Shown piece by piece: positions 36,564-45,742 of a DNA stretch of 64,000 nt (position 1 is the first letter of the stretch; the number at the start of each line of letters is the position of its first letter). The position numbers and the translations under genes are program-made. The notes beneath the pieces were generated by a model. The model was not told the DNA's origin and did no database searches. It saw only the letters and a list, made by a program, of their open reading frames with translations. The stretch spans positions 220,057 through 284,056 of the forward strand of contig JBAYUK010000001.1 of assembly GCA_041675145.1 (NCBI GenBank), in the 5' to 3' direction. Source of the stretch: Patescibacteria group bacterium (GTDB lineage Bacteria; Patescibacteriota; JACPGU01).

Positions 36564-36782
36564 CTATTTCAACCGGTGACATTTTGTCACCACTTCACTT
36601 CCTTCTTCTCTCAGCCTCTGAGCAAGCTTATTCCAATACTTTCTTGCCGCTAAATCGTCAGCTTGATCTGTTAGCGACTGTACCACATCCACTACTGAAA
36701 ACCACCACTCGTTGCTATAAATAACCTTACGAATCTTAGTACCTTTGAAGAGAACAATTTTGTTTGTGTCCGTAGTAATAAA
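36564..36782 (-). pseudogene. N-terminal fragment of a DinD-like (DNA-damage-inducible protein D) gene, no start codon
   Basis: Minus-strand frame reads KIRKVIYSNEWWFSVVDVVQSLTD...ARKYWNKLAQRLREEGSEVVTKCHRLK then stop. Resembles the DinD-type EWWFS...YW..L motif block. Begins right after a stop codon. Confidence 0.35.
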
Positions 36783-36788
36783 TTACTA

Positions 36789-37271
36789 TTAATTCTTTTT
36801 CTTAACCGTCTTTTGCTTGAGTACCTCTCGTACCGTGTTTAGCTGCTCTAAAGTTAATGCTCGCTTTGGAATAGGGAGTGTTGGTGACTTCATAACATAC
36901 AAGACGATAAAGTCTTTTGTCTCAGTAAACTTCTTCGATAGCTGCCATTTTATCTTTGAGTTGATTAAGTCCGTCTTCATCTCCCAGCCTTCGTCATCAA
37001 GAGTTACTTGCTGCCCTGTATTCATCTTCTTGTTCTTACTGTACCCAATACGACGAGCCACCCATAGCATAAGAAACAAGACGAGAGATGAAAGAATTAA
37101 AGAGATCAAAAAGTCTATATAGTGAAATCCATCGTCTTTAATATGGGTGATAATGTTTATAACAAGGAGAATTAGGTATACATTCCTCATTTTGTTTTGC
37201 AACATAATACTCGTTACTTGCAACAGTTCTTTTTTAGTATAGGTAAAACTTAATGAGATGGGTTGAATCAT
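36789..37271 (-). CDS. Hypothetical membrane protein (YcxB-like)
   Basis: Two TM helices followed by a soluble domain. Confidence 0.45.
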   Translation of the reverse strand: MIQPISLSFTYTKKELLQVTSIMLQNKMRNVYLILLVINIITHIKDDGFHYIDFLISLILSSLVLFLMLWVARRIGYSKNKKMNTGQQVTLDDEGWEMKTDLINSKIKWQLSKKFTETKDFIVLYVMKSPTLPIPKRALTLEQLNTVREVLKQKTVKKKN

Positions 37272-37280
37272 AGAAGGATA

Positions 37281-37589
37281 TTAGAGGGTATGTATAACTA
37301 GAAACTTCAACGCATCAATAAGAAGGATATCCTCGTGACCCCCGAACCTTTCGAGTAACTCCTTTTCGTGCTTAATACATAGAGAAAGAATAGCACGAGC
37401 ATCCTCTTCAGGACCATTGAAGTGAATGCCGTTTATTTTTCCATCCTCAACATGAACATGCTCATCTTCCTTATACCAAGGCGTAAACTGGTTTCCTGAC
37501 TGCATCTGCCTTGAGTCATCAGGTCTTTCAGGAAGCGTTGTCGCGTCCATCACAGACCCATCACGCTCAAGTATTATCCAACTACTCAT
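37281..37589 (-). CDS. Hypothetical protein
   Basis: 102-aa ORF, acidic, no motif recognised. Confidence 0.4.
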   Translation of the reverse strand: MSSWIILERDGSVMDATTLPERPDDSRQMQSGNQFTPWYKEDEHVHVEDGKINGIHFNGPEEDARAILSLCIKHEKELLERFGGHEDILLIDALKFLVIHTL

Positions 37590-37610
37590 ATGAATATGTT
37601 AGTGCTATGT

Positions 37611-38294
37611 CTAGGCAAACATTGCTTCTATCTTCTCAGAACTTAGGTCTGTAAAGCTTGTAATTTCAGCATCCGCACCGGTAACGGTAAGATCTACTCC
37701 TACTACTGTCTCTTTCTTCTCTGACTGGTACTGAGTAAACAGGATAGATTTCATACCTGCCCGTTTAGCCGCATCAATACCAGACTGAGCGTCTTCAATT
37801 ACCACACAGTTGCCAGGCTCAACACCGAGTTGTTTGGCAGACTCTAAAAGTACATCAGGATGTGGTTTGTGTTGTACTACATCTTCTGAAGTCACTACTA
37901 CCGGGAAATATCCTCCAAGATCAAACATAGTAAATACGCGATCCACTCGAGCGTGAATTGAGTTGGTCGCAAGTGCAACTGGTATATTCTTTGATTTAAG
38001 ATCTTTTAATAACTCCGCAAGACCTTCAGGAGCTGTTACTCCGTCTTTTTCCATCAAAGAGAAAGTTAGTTCAGTCGCTTGACGAGAAAACTCATTATAG
38101 TCGAGAGCAACCTCAAATTTCTGTTCGACGTACTTGAGTAAATCACGTAGCGACCTTCCTCTCCATGAGAACCCTTGGTTGATACGATCCATAGTAAGTC
38201 CGTGGGACTTCAAAATTTCATCAAAGGCTATTGAATTGTATCGAGGCGAATCTATTAGCACTCCTTCGAATGTAAAAATAACTGCGTGGTTCAT
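37611..38294 (-). CDS. HAD-superfamily hydrolase (beta-phosphoglucomutase-like subfamily IA)
   Basis: IFTFEGVLIDS (DxD-like motif I region), motifs II-IV consistent. ATG at 38292-38294. Confidence 0.7.
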   Translation of the reverse strand: MNHAVIFTFEGVLIDSPRYNSIAFDEILKSHGLTMDRINQGFSWRGRSLRDLLKYVEQKFEVALDYNEFSRQATELTFSLMEKDGVTAPEGLAELLKDLKSKNIPVALATNSIHARVDRVFTMFDLGGYFPVVVTSEDVVQHKPHPDVLLESAKQLGVEPGNCVVIEDAQSGIDAAKRAGMKSILFTQYQSEKKETVVGVDLTVTGADAEITSFTDLSSEKIEAMFA

Positions 38295-38295
38295 A

Positions 38296-40110
38296 TTATC
38301 CCTTTCTATTCTTAATCTCATCTAAAATTTTCTCAACAAACTCTTCTGCCTTCATCTGACCTAGATCGCCGTCTTTTTTAGAGCGGACGGCAATTACCCC
38401 TGCTTCGCGTTCTTTAGCTCCAAGCACTACCATGTATGGGACTTTCTCGACCTCCGCAGTGCGGATTTTTTTACCCAATGACTCGGTACGGTCGTCGATT
38501 TCAAATCGAATACCGGCGAGGTGCATCCGGTCGCCTACTTCCTTCGCAAACACAATTAGTTCATCATTAATAGGAAGTAACTTCACTTGCACTGGTGCGA
38601 GCCAGACGGGGAAGTTCCCCGCATAGTGTTCAATTAACACCCCAAGGAAACGATCTGGGCTACCAACGAGGGCAGCGTGGATCATAACCGGAGTCTTGGC
38701 CTCACCTGTCTCGTCGATATATTCAAGCTTAAAGCGTTCTGGTTGGTTGAAGTCCAGCTGGATGGTTGAGATCTGCCACTCACGATTTAATGCGTCGCGA
38801 GCGATGAGATCCATCTTCGGACCGTAAATTGCTGCTTCGCCCTCTGCTCGTACATACTCAATCTTGCGTTTCTCAACGATACCTTCAAGAATAGACTCGG
38901 ACTTATCCCAGACCTCATCAGAACCCAGATACTTCTCCTTATTTTGTAAGTCACGCAAAGAGAGGCGGATATAATAGTCCATGCCATACGTAGCCATAGC
39001 TTTTTTGATTGCATCAAGCAATGCATCAAACTCCGCTTCAATTTGGTCTTCACGACAAAACGCATGGCCATCGTCCTGCGCAAACGAGCGCAGACGAGTG
39101 AGCCCTGAGAGTTCTCCTGGTCGCTCGTCCCGGTAGAGCGTAGCAAAGTCACAGTAGCGGATTGGTAAATCCCTGTACGACCGGGTATGCGCCGCGTAGA
39201 TCTGAGTATGTTGCGGACAGTTCATGGGCTTTAAAAAGAATTCTTCTTTTGAGTAATGTGAAGTTACCATAAACATATCTTCATGGTACTTGTCATAGTG
39301 ACCTGAAATCTTAAAGAGCTCTGCCTTGTTCATATTCGGCGTAAACACTTCTTGGTATCCAATAGCAGTTCGAAGCTCTCTTGAATATTGGGCAATTTGA
39401 TTTCTGACCGCAAATCCCTTCGGAGTGTACAGTGGCATACCGGGCCCGACTAAGTCTGAAAAAACGAAGAGATCGAGTTCGCGGCCAAGTTTTCTGTGGT
39501 CTCGTGCCGCTGCTTCTTCCAGGTTTTTTTGGTGCTGCTCAAGTTCATCTTTTGTGTTAAAGTAGGCGCCATATATACGAGTAAGCATCTGGTTTTTCTC
39601 ATCTCCACGCCAGTAGGCACCGGCAATGCGCATAAGCTTGAGTCCTTCCGGATTAATCTCACCTGAGTTTGCAACATGAGGTCCACGACACAAATCCACA
39701 AACTCACCTGTCTTATATACAGAGACTTCTTTGACTGAATCTCCCAGATCCGTCATCTCGTCTTCTTTCAGGCTTGTAGTCCCTTTCTTTTTAAGGTCAG
39801 AAAGTAACTCTACTTTAAAGCTCTGGTTCTTTTTTTCAAAAAGGGCGATAGCATCGTCAATATCCAAAACTTCTTTTTCAAAGGCAACTTTGCCACGAAT
39901 AATCTCGTGCATGTAGCGCTCGAGCTTTTCTAGATCGTGCTCGGTAATGGGTGTAGGAGTAGCCACATCATAGTAGAAGCCGTTTTCAATCACAGGACCT
40001 ATTCCAAACTGCGTATCTGGATACCAGTGCTCAATTGCAGCAGCTAATATATGCGCCGCTGAGTGTCTGGCTGAAGAAAGTAGGTCATGGTCGTGTGATT
40101 GTTTTTTCAT
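38296..40110 (-). CDS. thrS: Threonyl-tRNA synthetase
   Basis: Class II motifs, HxxxH editing domain start (SARHSAAHILAAAI), anticodon-binding C-terminus. Confidence 0.9.
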   Translation of the reverse strand: MKKQSHDHDLLSSARHSAAHILAAAIEHWYPDTQFGIGPVIENGFYYDVATPTPITEHDLEKLERYMHEIIRGKVAFEKEVLDIDDAIALFEKKNQSFKVELLSDLKKKGTTSLKEDEMTDLGDSVKEVSVYKTGEFVDLCRGPHVANSGEINPEGLKLMRIAGAYWRGDEKNQMLTRIYGAYFNTKDELEQHQKNLEEAAARDHRKLGRELDLFVFSDLVGPGMPLYTPKGFAVRNQIAQYSRELRTAIGYQEVFTPNMNKAELFKISGHYDKYHEDMFMVTSHYSKEEFFLKPMNCPQHTQIYAAHTRSYRDLPIRYCDFATLYRDERPGELSGLTRLRSFAQDDGHAFCREDQIEAEFDALLDAIKKAMATYGMDYYIRLSLRDLQNKEKYLGSDEVWDKSESILEGIVEKRKIEYVRAEGEAAIYGPKMDLIARDALNREWQISTIQLDFNQPERFKLEYIDETGEAKTPVMIHAALVGSPDRFLGVLIEHYAGNFPVWLAPVQVKLLPINDELIVFAKEVGDRMHLAGIRFEIDDRTESLGKKIRTAEVEKVPYMVVLGAKEREAGVIAVRSKKDGDLGQMKAEEFVEKILDEIKNRKG

Positions 40111-40168
40111 ATATAGATGTTACTGGCACGAATATATTTTCCCCTATTATAAACAATTTCCGGCTCAT

Positions 40169-40199
40169 TTGACAGCCCCGTCTACTAAAGGAGTATAAT
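40169..40199 (+). promoter_or_regulatory. Promoter TTGACA-N19-TATAAT for the DUF5667 gene
   Basis: Consensus hexamers, GGAG RBS at 40222. Confidence 0.45.
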
Positions 40200-40235
40200 A
40201 CTATCAATATCACAACAATCTAAGGAGTTATACAC

Positions 40236-41432
40236 ATGTACACAAAGAGATTCAATCTTGTTATTTTTGCGCTACTAGCACTTGTTATTGCCTTGCCAGG
40301 AGGTGTGGCTCACGCAGCCGACACAAATACTACAGAAGCCACAACAACGAGCACTGAGACCAGTAGCTCAGTTACTACCGAAGATACAGATACAGCAGTG
40401 GCAGCTAGTACTACTGTAGATGAAGTAACCGCAGACGACTTAGGAGTTGCCGAACCATCAGTACTCCCTGGTTCTTTCCTGTACCCGTTTAAGAGGCTCT
40501 CTGAGAGCATCCAAGAGGTATTCACCTTCAATGCCCAGAGCAAAGCAGAACTTTCTGAGCACTTAGCGAACAAGCGCTTGGTTGAGGCTCGTGCTCTTGC
40601 TCGTGACGGCAAGACAGATGAAGCAGTGAAAATCTTAGATGACTACAAGGCGCGCCTAGACCAAGCACAGACGAAGCTTGCTGCAATTGACCGCACTAAG
40701 CTTACGCAAGACCAGGTAGCAAAGCTTGAGAAGGTTGAAGACCGTCTTACCTCAAACCTCCTCAAACAAGAAAGAGTTTTAGAGCGCGTACAAGACCAGG
40801 TACCTGAAGTAGCAAAAGAAAAGATCAAGGAACATCTCTCTCAAGCGCAGGAGAAAATAGAAGACAGAATCAGCAAGCTTCCTGCAGGAGACCAAGAGAA
40901 AGCAAAGGCTCGCTTGGATGAGATAATCTCTCAGCTTCCTGGAGACGAGGTAAGTAAGGTTGAATATCTTCAAGCTCTTAAAACGGTCAGAGCAGACATA
41001 GTACCAGAAGCTATCAAGGCTCAAATCGAGATAAAAGCTACTGAACACCAAGCAAAAATAGATGAAGCTGTTAAGGCCGGTACTATCACAGCGGAGCAAG
41101 CAGCGAAAAGAATCGAGGCAGTAAAACTTCGTGCAGAGACTCGTGTTGAGAATCTCGATGTAAGAACAAAAGCAGAAGCTGAACTAAAAGATCTCAGAGA
41201 TCAAGCAAAAGACGCAGTAACCGAAGAGGCGAAAAAAGCAGTTCAAGATCAAGCAGCACAGTTAAAGAATACAGTGAAACAGACAGTGGAACAAAATAAA
41301 GAAATCATGAAAGACGAACTCAAAGCTAACGCTAATCGTGCAGTTGAAGAAAAGAAAAAAGAGGCAGCAGACACAGCAACACAAAAAGCAGAGCAACTAA
41401 GAAAGATGCTTAAGCCAGAAGAAGTAAAATAA
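40236..41432 (+). CDS. Secreted DUF5667-like coiled-coil protein with a Thr-rich linker
   Basis: Signal peptide. LPGSFLYPFKRLSESIQ motif. Long Lys/Glu/Ala helices. Confidence 0.65.
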   Translation: MYTKRFNLVIFALLALVIALPGGVAHAADTNTTEATTTSTETSSSVTTEDTDTAVAASTTVDEVTADDLGVAEPSVLPGSFLYPFKRLSESIQEVFTFNAQSKAELSEHLANKRLVEARALARDGKTDEAVKILDDYKARLDQAQTKLAAIDRTKLTQDQVAKLEKVEDRLTSNLLKQERVLERVQDQVPEVAKEKIKEHLSQAQEKIEDRISKLPAGDQEKAKARLDEIISQLPGDEVSKVEYLQALKTVRADIVPEAIKAQIEIKATEHQAKIDEAVKAGTITAEQAAKRIEAVKLRAETRVENLDVRTKAEAELKDLRDQAKDAVTEEAKKAVQDQAAQLKNTVKQTVEQNKEIMKDELKANANRAVEEKKKEAADTATQKAEQLRKMLKPEEVK

Positions 41433-41439
41433 AACATTA

Positions 41440-41464
41440 AAAAGCCCCGTACGGGGCTTTTTAA
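41440..41464 (+). terminator. Rho-independent terminator
   Basis: aaagcccc-gtac-ggggcttttt. Confidence 0.6.
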
Positions 41465-41494
41465 TCAATAATACCCTGAATATTCAGGGTATTA

Positions 41495-41707
41495 TTATTT
41501 CTTCATAGCAGCTGAAACGAGCATGTATACCGCGGCAAGACCGACGAGTATATACACAGCGCTCTCAACCATAGGCCACGAACCAACCAAGACTTTAACG
41601 AGGTTGAAACTGCCGCTTGTCGCGCCAACCAAACCCCAGTTAAGTCCACCCACGATAACGAGGATGAACGCTACCCAGTCGAGTCCATTCATTTTTACAT
41701 CTGCCAT
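41495..41707 (-). CDS. DUF378 family small membrane protein
   Basis: GGLNWGLVG...FNLV...ILVGLAAVY. Confidence 0.65.
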   Translation of the reverse strand: MADVKMNGLDWVAFILVIVGGLNWGLVGATSGSFNLVKVLVGSWPMVESAVYILVGLAAVYMLVSAAMKK

Positions 41708-41785
41708 AGCAACTCCTTTTTGTGTGTGTTACTAATATTACCCTATTCATACGCTATATACCAAATGATGTCAAGAGCTAGTATA

Positions 41786-41823
41786 TATAAAAAGAAGGCT
41801 GATGCATTTCTGCAATCAGCCTT
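41786..41823 (-). terminator. Rho-independent terminator
   Basis: gaaggctgat-9 nt-atcagccttc, T-run on the minus strand. Confidence 0.5.
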
Positions 41824-41851
41824 CTGTTATCCTCAGTATGAGGCGTTGAAT

Positions 41852-42616
41852 TTATTCCGCTTGAATGTGCGGTTGCCCGAAACGGGCCACATAGCTTTTC
41901 CCTTTACCAACATCCGTGTTGATACGGACGCCTTCTTTGCACATGGGACACTCATCAGGCTCCCATGCATCCATTTTGACATTAAGAAGTGAAACAAACT
42001 GCGGTGGATCTCCCACATCTTCTGCCGTTTTTCCTCCTCGATTGCACAAAACCCCAAGACCCAACACTTCACCTCCGAGAGCGCGGATCGCCTCGATTGT
42101 TCGTTTGGCTGAGCCACCTGTTGTGATGATGTCCTCGACACCCAGAACTTTCTTGGCTTCGACCAACTTGTTGTAGTTGCGCTTGGCTTCAAAGCCCGGG
42201 CGGCGCACAAAAAGCTCATCGCTCTTTGCAAGTCGTGTCTCTTCTTGCACTTTGGAGCCAACTTCTGTGCTCCAATAAAAAAGCTGGTCTTCTGTCGCCT
42301 TAAAGAGCGATATCTCTTGGCGCTCCAAGTAGACACCCAACACTTCACGATTTTCCATTTCGCTTAAGTGATAGGCCACCCACTGGCTCAAAATGATGCC
42401 GCCCTTTTCAGGACCGACAACCACTTCAACGCCAAGACCCTGAAACTGGTGAGCCAAGGCTTTGCAGAGCAAGGAAACTTTCCGTGTGTAGGGATAGACC
42501 GCATCCTTATTGACATAGGCCCTCCCGTGTTTGTCTGAGGTGTACACGAAGTGACCGTTGGTGTCAATTGCGTTGGCCTCAGAAAAGATTGCTTTAATTT
42601 CTTCTAGCGTTAACAT
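41852..42616 (-). CDS. pyrE: Type I phosphoribosyltransferase, orotate phosphoribosyltransferase-like, with Cys-containing C-terminal extension
   Basis: VVVGPEKGGIILSQ ... DIITTGGSAKRTIEAI PRPP-binding motif. Immediately downstream of pyrF. Confidence 0.6.
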   Translation of the reverse strand: MLTLEEIKAIFSEANAIDTNGHFVYTSDKHGRAYVNKDAVYPYTRKVSLLCKALAHQFQGLGVEVVVGPEKGGIILSQWVAYHLSEMENREVLGVYLERQEISLFKATEDQLFYWSTEVGSKVQEETRLAKSDELFVRRPGFEAKRNYNKLVEAKKVLGVEDIITTGGSAKRTIEAIRALGGEVLGLGVLCNRGGKTAEDVGDPPQFVSLLNVKMDAWEPDECPMCKEGVRINTDVGKGKSYVARFGQPHIQAE

Positions 42617-42634
42617 AAACCCTCCTTCAGGGCA

Positions 42635-43591
42635 TTAGGCCGCTGGCTGTGGAGCCAGTTCGACCTCTTTTTTGATGTCTTCGTGGAAGTTTTTCGCTGC
42701 GCGAGCAACTGCCTCGAAGTGATCTTCACCTTCTGCTTTGTGCTTCGGGCTCGTAATGTAAGAGGAAACATTGATCAAGATCCCCTCTCCATTAGAGTCA
42801 AGACCAGCACGCACCGTCGTCATCATGTCTCCTCCCTGCCGGCCAAGGCCAGGCATAAGGAAAACACAACTAGGGGCGAAATGCCGCATTGCGCGAATGC
42901 GTTGATCTGAGCAGGTGGCTCCTACCACTAGTCCCATGTTGCCATTGCCGTTCCAGCGTTCAACTGTTTTAGCAATGTGACTGGCAAGAGAAATGCTGGT
43001 GGGCTGAATCTCCAGACCACCAAATTCCTTGGCTCCCTTGTGGGACATCTCCCCGAGGACAAAGAACAATTTATCAGGATACTCAAAAAAAGCATCCAGC
43101 CCTTGTTCTTTTCCGGGGAGCGGGTTCAAGGTGACCGAGTCCGCACAACACAGGCCAAATGCGAATTCGGCCGCGGCCTTGTTGGTGTTACCTAAGTCGC
43201 TGTACTTTGCATCCAGAATCAAAAGGATGTCTGGATAGTTTTCAGTGATGTACTGGCAAATCCGTTCCAAAGCGCGCATGCCACAGTGACCGAACCGTTT
43301 GTAAAACTGTTCGTTCGGTTTGTACGCGGCTGCGAACTCGTGCGTTGAGTCCACCACTTTCTTGAGGAAGTCGAAAATAACCGCCTCCGCCAAGGCGTTG
43401 CGGATACCCACATATTTGAGGTATCCATATTCACCCATCTGTTTTTCTGCGGGCCATTCAAGGTGACTCTTCAGGTCTTCCGGTATGTCCTCCAATACCG
43501 GATCGAGGCCAACGCACAAGTATTTTCCTTCCTTCCACTTGCGCTGGAGTTTTTGCATGGCAGTTTCCTGCATGACAGCTACATTACTCAT
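42635..43591 (-). CDS. pyrF: Orotidine 5'-phosphate decarboxylase (long type 2)
   Basis: LCVGLDP ... ILDAKYSDLGNT ... motifs. Confidence 0.8.
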   Translation of the reverse strand: MSNVAVMQETAMQKLQRKWKEGKYLCVGLDPVLEDIPEDLKSHLEWPAEKQMGEYGYLKYVGIRNALAEAVIFDFLKKVVDSTHEFAAAYKPNEQFYKRFGHCGMRALERICQYITENYPDILLILDAKYSDLGNTNKAAAEFAFGLCCADSVTLNPLPGKEQGLDAFFEYPDKLFFVLGEMSHKGAKEFGGLEIQPTSISLASHIAKTVERWNGNGNMGLVVGATCSDQRIRAMRHFAPSCVFLMPGLGRQGGDMMTTVRAGLDSNGEGILINVSSYITSPKHKAEGEDHFEAVARAAKNFHEDIKKEVELAPQPAA

Positions 43592-43732
43592 ATCTCTACC
43601 TACACTTTCGTATTTTTTAAAAGGGCGAGCCTTCCGTTACCCATGGTAACAGAAAATGGGTTTACAGACAAGAAAAAACCGTCCTCAGCGAAAGTGCTAA
43701 GAACGGTTTACAAAGAGCTAATGAGATAGGAC

Positions 43733-44017
43733 TTAGAAAAGCTTCTTGGTTTCCAGCTTTTCAAGTGCTTGTTTGAGCGTGGCAATGAGGTCGCTACGCT
43801 TTTTCTCAAGACTTTTTTTCGAAGCGTTGAACCGATCCCGATCCTTGGGATCTTCATCCAGCACTTTAAGGCGCTGATCTTCGTATTCCCCGATATGGAA
43901 CAGGAGCTTGTTCTGAAGATTCTCAAAGACAGTTTCACTCATGAAGCCAGGGATCTTCCTTGCGTTAACGCGAAGTGTCCTGATGTTTTCTGACTCTTCC
44001 TTGTAGAGCTTTTTCAT
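43733..44017 (-). CDS. Hypothetical protein
   Basis: 94-aa ORF with its own terminator at about 43671-43710. Confidence 0.45.
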   Translation of the reverse strand: MKKLYKEESENIRTLRVNARKIPGFMSETVFENLQNKLLFHIGEYEDQRLKVLDEDPKDRDRFNASKKSLEKKRSDLIATLKQALEKLETKKLF

Positions 44018-44580
44018 GGCTGAACTCCAGGAACAGATGGCCAGTACATATATACTGGCTTGTTGTCGATTGCCACCAGTCCAGAAGACCTAGGAAACTG
44101 GAATTCACCAAGTGGCGTTTTCACCACTTCAGTTGCCAGCGCACCCGGCAGCACTTTTACTGCCGTGGTTGAGCTGTAAAACGGCTTGAGTTCACCACCG
44201 TAAGGACCCGTGAATCCGTACTGAGCCACCGTGGTTGTCCCGGTGGACATATCAGCTTGCACCCAGGAATAGAACAGGAACAGGGTGTTCTGATCCAACA
44301 GTCCAACATGAATGTTGGTTGCCCAGGGAGGAAGCGTGAGGGTTGGCTTGGCAATCTTTGTGCCAGCATACCCCTTCACTTCGGTCGAGGCCGAAACAGG
44401 AAGCGAGGTGCTCAGCGCCACCACTGGGATGTCGAGACACTTAGTGACATCTGTTGCAAGGCACATGCGCACTGTTTGGAGTGGCTGGGTGGCCAGGTCT
44501 GGAGCAGCATGTGCTGCGCTTCCTGAAACGAGACTGCCGATCATAAGAAGGGCAGGAGTAAGCCAATTTTTAAAAGGCAT
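44014..44580 (-). CDS. Hypothetical secreted protein
   Basis: MPFKNWLTPALLMIGSLVSGSAAHA signal peptide. GC-rich. Confidence 0.55.
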   Translation of the reverse strand: MPFKNWLTPALLMIGSLVSGSAAHAAPDLATQPLQTVRMCLATDVTKCLDIPVVALSTSLPVSASTEVKGYAGTKIAKPTLTLPPWATNIHVGLLDQNTLFLFYSWVQADMSTGTTTVAQYGFTGPYGGELKPFYSSTTAVKVLPGALATEVVKTPLGEFQFPRSSGLVAIDNKPVYMYWPSVPGVQP

Positions 44581-44643
44581 GAGAGAACTCCTTTATCCGA
44601 TGTGGATGTTTGTGTTGCCTATAATTATACATATTTATCCACA

Positions 44644-44669
44644 ATTGTCAATAAATGCATATTGACAAT
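44644..44669. promoter_or_regulatory. Perfect inverted repeat ATTGTCAAT-N8-ATTGACAAT in the promoter region of the secreted-protein gene
   Basis: 9-bp perfect arms, 60-85 bp upstream of the 44580 start. Confidence 0.4.
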
Positions 44670-44995
44670 CATTCCCAACTAGGATTAAATACAATGACCA
44701 CGCGTTATTCATACGCAATTGCAACTTACCAACACACAAACATCAACCCACCTCCCCCATCTTCGAGCAACCGCTCACGCGAAAGGAACTTACCTTGAAT
44801 TTTATCGACACTTACTCCCACTGGGCAAATAGCCTGCTTTGGTGGCAATATTGCCTCGTCTTCGGTGTCCCAGTATGTTGCTTGTGGACATACCTTCTTT
44901 TTAGAATTTTTTCTCCTAATAAAGACAGGGACACCACCCGCCACACACTCCATGTTTCGTAATAAACACCAAACCTGGAGCATCATCAACAGTAA

Positions 44996-45037
44996 CCCAG
45001 CAGCGACTTCGGTCGCCCGCTGGGTTCTTCTCTTTTT
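44996..45037 (+). terminator. Plus-strand terminator-like structured hairpin
   Basis: cccagc-AGCGAC-ttcg-GTCGC-ccgctggg followed by ttcttctcttttt. Confidence 0.4.
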
Positions 45038-45039
45038 AA

Positions 45040-45102
45040 GGCAAAAAATAGAGCGCCGCAGATTACATCTGAGGCGCTCATTTCGTTTCAATAAAAAGCC
45101 TG
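45040..45102 (-). terminator. Tandem pair of minus-strand terminators after the CYTH gene
   Basis: gcctgc-tta-gcaggc and gagcgcc-N15-ggcgctc, each followed by a T-run on the minus strand. Confidence 0.5.
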
Positions 45103-45103
45103 C

Positions 45104-45742
45104 TTAGCAGGCGAGATTGCTGTTTTTCCAGGCTGAGTCAGCAGTGACCTCGACGGGGTTAAGTTTTGTGACCCAGGAAGGGAAAACTAATAAGGATTCT
45201 TCGCGCTCTGATTTGAATTCGCATTCGAGAGAAAACTTACCTTCGGGTTGTTGGTACTGGTCAAACTCAAGCGTGAAGCGACCATGCAACACTTTGTACC
45301 GCAGCTTCTTCACTTGCTTGCCCACTGTGTAGCCAATGAGAAGGTCAAACACCCAAGAGGGGATTTCTTTTTCCCACTCTGTGCGGTGTTGACCTCCAAA
45401 TAAAGACTTGATGGTGAAGTAGCACCGGTCCCCCGCGATACGTAAACGCCTCTCAAATGGAGCTCTTTTGTTGTCATCAAATGCGATAAGGAGATCAAGT
45501 GGGATGCGTTTTTTCCAGACAGTGCCAGCACGATCCTGAACTTGCAGATAGGCGTAGTTTAAGTCGTTTTCCGACCTGTATGCCACCACCTCCTTAGGGG
45601 TACGGGACAAATATCCCTGCACAATTTGCACGGGGTCGTTGAGATACTTCTTGGGTGGCAGATGATCTATCTTCCACTTCTTTTCGTTTTCAATACCACT
45701 TTTTTTGTGTGGTTTTGGTTGCGTTTTGTTTTTACCCTCCAT
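45104..45742 (-). CDS. CYTH-domain protein (triphosphate tunnel metalloenzyme)
   Basis: ENEKKWKI (EXEXK motif) and later acidic motifs. Confidence 0.6.
   Translation of the reverse strand: MEGKNKTQPKPHKKSGIENEKKWKIDHLPPKKYLNDPVQIVQGYLSRTPKEVVAYRSENDLNYAYLQVQDRAGTVWKKRIPLDLLIAFDDNKRAPFERRLRIAGDRCYFTIKSLFGGQHRTEWEKEIPSWVFDLLIGYTVGKQVKKLRYKVLHGRFTLEFDQYQQPEGKFSLECEFKSEREESLLVFPSWVTKLNPVEVTADSAWKNSNLAC

Noticed and set aside
44726-45091. 121-aa minus-strand ORF as a full-length gene
   Set aside because: Two rho-independent terminators (45040-45102) fall inside its 5' portion. At most a shorter internal start (about 44953) could be real, and there is no family match, so it was left out of the confident feature list.
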